Origin: Minisyncoccota bacterium
GTDB lineage: Bacteria; Patescibacteriota; Minisyncoccia; Phycocordibacterales; JACOZG01
Assembly: GCA_020057185.1 (NCBI GenBank)
Contig: JAGVGK010000027.1
Location: 1 to 46,602 of the forward strand
DNA length: 46,602 nt
Reading direction: 5' to 3'
Below, one piece after another: positions 42,083 to 46,602 of the stretch. The translations under genes were made by a program, and so were the position numbers. Every line of letters starts with the position of its first letter. The stretch's first letter is position 1. The notes below the pieces were generated by a model. It was not told where the DNA came from and made no database searches. It was given only the letters and a program-made list of their open reading frames with translations.

Positions 42083-42368
42083 TACGCGAGGCGAGATAAG
42101 AGGCGTGGGGTTCAGACGCTAGGAAACCGCGAGCCAAAGCTAATTCAAGAGTGATACTATTGCGAAGCGCGAACGCCCGTGTTTCCAAAGAAGTAATTTC
42201 CTTAGCCACGGCGCTAGTTTTATGTTCTAGCGCGCCAATTTCTTTGATTTGGAAAGCGATACCATAGGTGAAAAAAATATAACCAACAATCGCGAGCGCA
42301 ATAAAACCAAGCAGAGCAATAGTCTGCCCTTCGCGATGATCGTATGTTTTGGAAACAGTGCTAGTCAT
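42066..42368 (-). CDS. ftsL: FtsL-like cell-division protein
   Basis: 100 aa with a single TM helix followed by a coiled coil. Assigned only by position between rsmH and ftsI. Confidence 0.55.
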   Translation of the reverse strand: MTSTVSKTYDHREGQTIALLGFIALAIVGYIFFTYGIAFQIKEIGALEHKTSAVAKEITSLETRAFALRNSITLELALARGFLASEPHASYLASRSDGQE

Positions 42369-42372
42369 GTTA

Positions 42373-43266
42373 TTAATTTATTTTAGAAATAATCCGCAGG
42401 GTGGCACTACGAGAGCGTGGATTTCGAAGTTGTTCGGCTCGGCTAGGTTTAATGGCGTGTTTAGTCAGAAGCTCTCCTTCCCCGGCTCGAACCCAATTAC
42501 GAAAACATTCCTTCACGATCCGAGCTTCCAAACTATGAAAGCTGATCACCGCCAGTCGACCGCCTGGATTCAAGTGTCGCCAGATAGCCGAGAGACCGTC
42601 AGTGAGCGCGCCGAGTTCATTGTTGACCGCAATTCGCAAGGCTTGGAAAGTTTTGGTGGCGAAATGTTTCCGACCGAAACGATAACCTTTCGGCACCGCG
42701 CGGGCGATAATTTCGACGAGCTGGAAGGTGGTGAGAATCGGCGCGGTTCGGCGAGCGAGAACAATGGCTTCAGTAATCCGTCGGGCGTAACCTTCTTCAC
42801 CGTAACGAGCGATGAGATCGGCGAGATCGGTGGCTGGCAATTCATTCACCAGTCGCGCGGCGTTCAAGCCTTCCGTGTCACCGTCCGTGAAAGTCATCAG
42901 AAGTGGGCCATCGGTCTGAAAGCTGAACCCGCGGGCCGGATCAACGAGTTGGGGTGATGAGAGTCCGAGGTCAAGCAACGCGCGGTCGAGGCGATCAATC
43001 CCGAGCGCCGAGAGATGAGTATCCAGATCGCGAAAGTTGCCAGGCCGAAAAAGTTTGGCGCTTGCAAGGTCGGCAAGATTTTGCTCCGCTCGGGCAACCG
43101 CTTCGGGATCGGCGTCCAAACCAATTAGTCGTCCCGTCGCGCCGATTATTTCGCCAATCGCTCGCGCGTGTCCACCATCACCGAGAGTGCCATCCAAGAC
43201 GGTCAATCCGGGATGGAGATCCAAACCCGCAATCACTTCGTGTAAAAGAACTGGTTCGTGACTCAT
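42373..43266 (-). CDS. rsmH: 16S rRNA (cytosine1402-N4)-methyltransferase
   Basis: HEPVLLHEV start, DGTLGDGGH SAM motif and SFHSLE motif. Confidence 0.95.
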   Translation of the reverse strand: MSHEPVLLHEVIAGLDLHPGLTVLDGTLGDGGHARAIGEIIGATGRLIGLDADPEAVARAEQNLADLASAKLFRPGNFRDLDTHLSALGIDRLDRALLDLGLSSPQLVDPARGFSFQTDGPLLMTFTDGDTEGLNAARLVNELPATDLADLIARYGEEGYARRITEAIVLARRTAPILTTFQLVEIIARAVPKGYRFGRKHFATKTFQALRIAVNNELGALTDGLSAIWRHLNPGGRLAVISFHSLEARIVKECFRNWVRAGEGELLTKHAIKPSRAEQLRNPRSRSATLRIISKIN

Positions 43267-43278
43267 GTCAGGCGAGAT

Positions 43279-43713
43279 TTAGAAGACGCCGATCTCGCCC
43301 AACTTCTCCGCTAAAACATCCGCTTGCTTCTCAATCTTCGCCACATGCTCACGCCACCTCTCTTCATCCCAAATCTCGATTCGATCGCTGATACCAGCAA
43401 CGACCACTTTCGTCTTCAACCCGGCGAATTCTTTCAAAAAATCGGGAATCAAAATTCGCCCCATCGAATCCACCGCACTCTCGACCGCGCCCGCGAGCAT
43501 GAAGCGATTGAAGCCACGGGTATCGGCCTGCCCCATCGATAAGCGCGAGAGCTTCTCCACCATCTTCTCCCACTGCTTGACCGGATAGACGAAGAGACAA
43601 GTGTCGAGACCGCGCGTGATCACCACCTTACGCCCAACGGTTCGCCGGAAAGTCGCCGGCACGGCAATTCTCTTTTTCAAATCTAAAATGTGCCGATATT
43701 CGCCGATGAGCAT
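43279..43713 (-). CDS. mraZ: Transcriptional regulator MraZ
   Basis: MLIGEYRHILDLKKRIAVP... with two SpoVT/AbrB-like halves. Start trimmed to ATG 43713, because the promoter and operator lie inside the track's N-terminal extension. Confidence 0.9.
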   Translation of the reverse strand: MLIGEYRHILDLKKRIAVPATFRRTVGRKVVITRGLDTCLFVYPVKQWEKMVEKLSRLSMGQADTRGFNRFMLAGAVESAVDSMGRILIPDFLKEFAGLKTKVVVAGISDRIEIWDEERWREHVAKIEKQADVLAEKLGEIGVF

Positions 43714-43731
43714 AAAATTTTTATTCCCAAA

Positions 43732-43794
43732 ACCAACTCGCCCCACTTCAACCCACTGCCACTCTATTATAAACCACTCTCCCCCACTGTCCAA
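43732..43794 (-). promoter_or_regulatory. mraZ promoter (TTGGAC-N17-TATAAT) with phased GTGGG direct repeats (candidate MraZ boxes)
   Basis: Minus strand: -35 at 43794-43789 and -10 at 43771-43766. These are followed by GTGGG (43756-43752), GTGGG (43746-43742) and TTGGT (43736-43732) at exact 10-bp phasing. Confidence 0.5.
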
Positions 43795-43846
43795 CATACT
43801 TATCCACAGGCAAATTTAGACCCCAGTTTGAAGATTGATTACACGC

Positions 43847-43876
43847 TTGACTGAATTACTAGTAATAAGGTAAACT
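43847..43876 (+). promoter_or_regulatory. Promoter TTGACT-N18-TAAACT
   Basis: Upstream of the 53-aa zinc-ribbon ORF and divergent from mraZ. Confidence 0.4.
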
Positions 43877-43932
43877 AAAAATGAGAGTCTGAGTCGTTCC
43901 CGTTTGTTTTGTTGGATGAAAGGAAATAAAGA

Positions 43933-44094
43933 ATGTCTCTAAAGGTAAGATTGATCACCAAAGAGTTGAAATGCTCTACGTGCGGAAACATTCAAAGCAT
44001 TCAACGAAAGCGAAGTAAGAATAGGGCTAAGGGGCACATTAAACATTTGTGGTGTTACCTTTGCAAAAAAAGAACACCTCATCAGGAACAGTAA
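43933..44094 (+). CDS. 53-aa basic zinc-ribbon protein (not in the ORF track)
   Basis: MSLKVRLITKELKCSTCGN...HLWCYLCKKRTPHQEQ has CxxC...CxxC. AAAGGA lies upstream. Has its own promoter and terminator. Confidence 0.45.
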   Translation: MSLKVRLITKELKCSTCGNIQSIQRKRSKNRAKGHIKHLWCYLCKKRTPHQEQ

Positions 44095-44114
44095 GTAGAA
44101 TAGTAGGTCTAACT

Positions 44115-44153
44115 CCTACCCTAAGCGCTCATTTGCGCCGGGTGGGTTTTTTT
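44115..44153 (+). terminator. Intrinsic terminator
   Basis: CCTACCC...GGGTGGG stem (inner GCGC/GCGC pairing) followed by T7. Confidence 0.65.
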
Positions 44154-44199
44154 ATTTATCTTCTCGAAAACTTTTGTGAACTTAAATTGGTTAACCATT

Positions 44200-44241
44200 T
44201 TTCGGTCTTAAGGTTGGGAAATAAATCACTTCGCGAATGTT
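44200..44241 (-). pseudogene. Displaced duplicate of the last 14 codons of lysS
   Basis: 37/42 nt identical to 44761-44802. Both encode NIREVIYFPTLRPK, and all 5 differences are synonymous. A stop codon lies immediately upstream. Confidence 0.8.
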
Positions 44242-44325
44242 TTATTGGATGGGAGGAATTTCCTCCTGACAAGGTCCGGCGTTTTCTTTTTGTTTAAATG
44301 TCTAAAACCGATATGCTAAATAATT

Positions 44326-44400
44326 CACGACCGTGCGCTATTTATCATACGGGTATAAGCGGGTATAAGTTTTTGATGTCTTACAAAACTCACGATCGTG
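44326..44400. repeat. Two 10-bp palindromic cores of the dyad element (CACGACCGTG at 44326-44335, CACGATCGTG at 44391-44400) plus tandem GGGTATAAG x2 (44351-44369)
   Basis: Same core as copies A-D. The flanking arms are not in the canonical N9 register. Confidence 0.4.
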
Positions 44401-44432
44401 GATTTATTAAGAACAGGGCTCGCTTTTACTTT

Positions 44433-44462
44433 GATAACAAAAGCGACCCTTGTGAGGTCGCT
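44433..44462 (-). terminator. Intrinsic terminator of the lysS / 66-aa ORF transcript
   Basis: The minus strand reads AGCGACC-tcacaag-GGTCGCT followed by TTTTGTTAT. Confidence 0.6.
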
Positions 44463-44481
44463 ACGCAGTTCATGAAGCAGA

Positions 44482-44682
44482 TTAAATGGTCGTTGATCGG
44501 TGTAATTCTTCCAACGGGAGAATCCGATCCTCGAGAAGCTTCTTGATCGCCATGTCAGCCTTACTCGATGGATCGAGAAATCCAGTAGTTTCAAATTGGA
44601 TGACCCTTTTCTCTGCTCGCTCGATTGCTTTTTCTAATGCCATCCGTACATCGGTGGAAACAGTTTTTTCCCACATTACCAT
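44482..44682 (-). CDS. Hypothetical 66-aa protein downstream of lysS
   Basis: GGGAG 8 nt upstream of the ATG. Helical-looking sequence. Followed by a terminator. Confidence 0.5.
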   Translation of the reverse strand: MVMWEKTVSTDVRMALEKAIERAEKRVIQFETTGFLDPSSKADMAIKKLLEDRILPLEELHRSTTI

Positions 44683-44757
44683 TATATAGCTCCCAAAAAA
44701 GAACTGGTTGAACGAGGCTAGTCACTAATTTATATCAACTAGATTATGATGTCAAAT

Positions 44758-46224
44758 TTATTTCGGTCTCAAGGTGGGGAAATAAATGACTTCGCGGATA
44801 TTGGTGGTGTTGGTGAGAAGCATCACGAGACGATCCACACCGATGCCGACGCCACCCGCCGGGGGCATGCCGTATTCTAACGCCTCCAGGAAGTCGTTGT
44901 CTTTTAGTTGCGCTTCACTATCCCCTGCCGTGTGATTCGATTCTTGGGCGTTGAAACGTTCAGCCTGCTCAAGAGGATCATTCAATTCCGAAAACGCCTT
45001 GGCAATCTCGAGTCCGCCAATCACCAATTGGAAAGCGTCCACCAGGGTTGGGCTATCAGTTCGACCTTTCGCGAGAGGCAAAGCTGATTTCGGATAATCA
45101 ACAATGAAGGTTGGCTGAATCAGTTTCGGGCGACACACTTTTTTATAAATATAATCCATCACCATTTCTCGATTGGCGCCGGGTGGTAAAATGATTGCCA
45201 ATTGCGTCGCCTTAAGCGTCAACTCGCGGAGATCGGCGGTTTCGGGATTGGCGATGAGCGCTTGCCGTTTGAGCAAATCAAAAAAAGAAATTACCTTAAA
45301 TCGTTCACTAAAATTAATGAGTTGGGTGTTGTAAGTTAAACTGGCAGTTTTAGTTATTTTACGAACTAGTTTCTTAATTAATTCTTCGACAAAAGCGCGC
45401 TGGGCTTCAACGTCGCTGTAAGCTTCATAGAATTCCAACATCGTGAATTCGGGATTATGCGTCGCGTCAATCCCCTCATTGCGAAAACAGCGCGAGAATT
45501 CATAAATTTTAGAAAAGTTACCGACTAACATTCGTTTGAGGTAGAGTTCGGGAGAAATTCGAAGGTAGAGAGGCAGATCCAACGCTTTGTGATGTGTTTT
45601 GAAAGGGACAGCACTGGCGCCACCGTAGAGTGGTTGGAGAATTGGTGTCTCAACTTCTAGATAATCAGCTTTGTTCAAAATTTCACGCAAGGCAGTAATT
45701 ATTGATGAGCGAATAAAGAAACGATTTTTAACCACTTCGTCCATCAAGCTATCCAGATAGCGTCGACGAAATCGTTCTTCAATATCGGTTAATCCATGCC
45801 ATTTATCAGGTAGAGGACGAAGCGTCTTGACCAGTGGTTGCCACTCCCGGGCGAAGAGCGTGCGTTCTTGCCGTTTAGTGAGACCGACACTGCCCGTCGC
45901 GGTGATGAAATCACCACGATCAATCGTCTCGATGAACAAATTGAAACTCTCGTCACCGACCACATCTTGTTTGATGAGTGTCTGTAGTCGTCCGGTGCCA
46001 TCATCAAGATCAACGAAACATAACGCGCCCTGATGTCGAAGTCCCATTACCCGACCGGCGATGGTCAGCGGTTTGCATCGTTTGGTGAGCGTGGCGAAGC
46101 GAGCGATTACTGCCTCAATGGTCAACTCGCGGTTGGTGGTGATGGGATAAGGATCCTGTCCTGTCGCGCGAAGGGTCGTTAGTTTTTGGATTCGTTCCCC
46201 ACGAAGCTCATCGAGTGAAGCCAT
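44758..46224 (-). CDS. lysS: Lysine--tRNA ligase (class II)
   Basis: OB-fold N-domain and class II motifs (FRNEG, GGVGIGVDRLVMLL). 488 aa. Confidence 0.95.
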   Translation of the reverse strand: MASLDELRGERIQKLTTLRATGQDPYPITTNRELTIEAVIARFATLTKRCKPLTIAGRVMGLRHQGALCFVDLDDGTGRLQTLIKQDVVGDESFNLFIETIDRGDFITATGSVGLTKRQERTLFAREWQPLVKTLRPLPDKWHGLTDIEERFRRRYLDSLMDEVVKNRFFIRSSIITALREILNKADYLEVETPILQPLYGGASAVPFKTHHKALDLPLYLRISPELYLKRMLVGNFSKIYEFSRCFRNEGIDATHNPEFTMLEFYEAYSDVEAQRAFVEELIKKLVRKITKTASLTYNTQLINFSERFKVISFFDLLKRQALIANPETADLRELTLKATQLAIILPPGANREMVMDYIYKKVCRPKLIQPTFIVDYPKSALPLAKGRTDSPTLVDAFQLVIGGLEIAKAFSELNDPLEQAERFNAQESNHTAGDSEAQLKDNDFLEALEYGMPPAGGVGIGVDRLVMLLTNTTNIREVIYFPTLRPK

Positions 46225-46233
46225 GGCAAGTGA

Positions 46234-46602
46234 TTAAGCAATTCGAATAATTTCGTAGACCACTTCGCCCTTAGGCGTCGGTACCGTCACTTGGTCACCT
46301 TTTTTCTTTTTTAACAAATTTGAACCAAGTGGTGATAAATAAGAAATTTTACCCGCGGCGAGATCAACTTCTTCGGGCCCGACAATTTGATATTTTATTT
46401 CTTCACTTCCCGATTGCTTTTTAACCGTCAAGGTTGAACCGACTTCCGCTTGAGAGCCGTGATGAGTCGAGGGCGAAATAATCTCCGAAATTTTGAGCAG
46501 GTTTTCCAATTGGGCGATGCGATCTTCAGCCTCGGCTTGCTCTTCTCTGGCTGATTGATATTCAGCATTCTCCGACAAGTCGCCAAGCGATTTGGCAAAT
46601 TC
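46234..46602 (-). CDS. greA: Transcription elongation factor GreA (5' end runs off the window)
   Basis: GDLSENAEYQSAREEQ coiled-coil tip motif and the C-terminal globular domain. The reading frame stays open to position 46602. Confidence 0.9.
   Translation of the reverse strand, partial: EFAKSLGDLSENAEYQSAREEQAEAEDRIAQLENLLKISEIISPSTHHGSQAEVGSTLTVKKQSGSEEIKYQIVGPEEVDLAAGKISYLSPLGSNLLKKKKGDQVTVPTPKGEVVYEIIRIA

Noticed and set aside
44049-44594. Track ORFs 44049..44297(+), 44298..44546(+) and 44325..44594(-)
   Set aside because: They span terminators, the lysS-tail remnant and the repeat cores, lack an SD, and overlap the better-supported 53-aa and 66-aa ORFs.
1-46602. CRISPR arrays, rRNA genes, transposases or integrases, prophage structural genes
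   Set aside because: I scanned both strands and the ORF set. I found no regularly spaced repeats, no rRNA-like stretches, and no DDE, tyrosine or serine recombinase motifs.

Overview
This 46.6-kb window looks like a chromosomal segment from a compact bacterial genome with peptidoglycan. Calling it Patescibacteria/CPR-like is my inference from short, tightly packed genes, domain-reduced enzymes and a tRNA without encoded CCA; nothing here proves it.

Housekeeping genes dominate:
- Five aminoacyl-tRNA synthetases: trpS, aspS, gltX, cysS, lysS.
- A split dcw/cell-wall set: scpB-dac-mraY-ftsW-murG on the + strand and mraZ-rsmH-ftsL-ftsI-murF on the - strand.
- Also scpA/scpB, ribosomal proteins L27, L9 and L21, dnaB, recR, rmuC, greA (5' partial), folD, corA, ctpA, two M23 peptidases and one tRNA-Glu(CUC).

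Accessory features stand out against this backbone:
1. A visibly AT-rich four-gene island just downstream of tRNA-Glu (33876-38392). It encodes an M.EcoRI-family adenine methyltransferase, two RhuM paralogs and a DUF262(ParB-like)-HNH nuclease. I consider it the best candidate for an undescribed defence or R-M-like system.
2. A two-gene Type IIB (BcgI-like) R-M module fused onto the end of trpS (3662-6429).
3. Three cassette-like insertions bounded by direct repeats: the GIY-YIG gene upstream of the tRNA, the second rhuM copy, and a ~0.5-kb insert at the 3' end of lysS that leaves a displaced lysS tail.
4. A recurrent 36-bp dyad-symmetric intergenic element (TATWCC-N9-CGATCG-N9-GGWATA).
5. Three gene-free intervals with a sigma70-like promoter plus an intrinsic terminator, which are candidate ncRNAs of unknown class.
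6. A PEP-CTERM protein, a PIN toxin-antitoxin pair and a decayed histidine-kinase remnant.

Many housekeeping genes have a -10 box only 7-9 nt upstream of the ATG, which suggests widespread leaderless mRNAs. No CRISPR array, rRNA, transposase or integrase was seen. All calls come from reading the sequence and the ORF translations; no database search was run.
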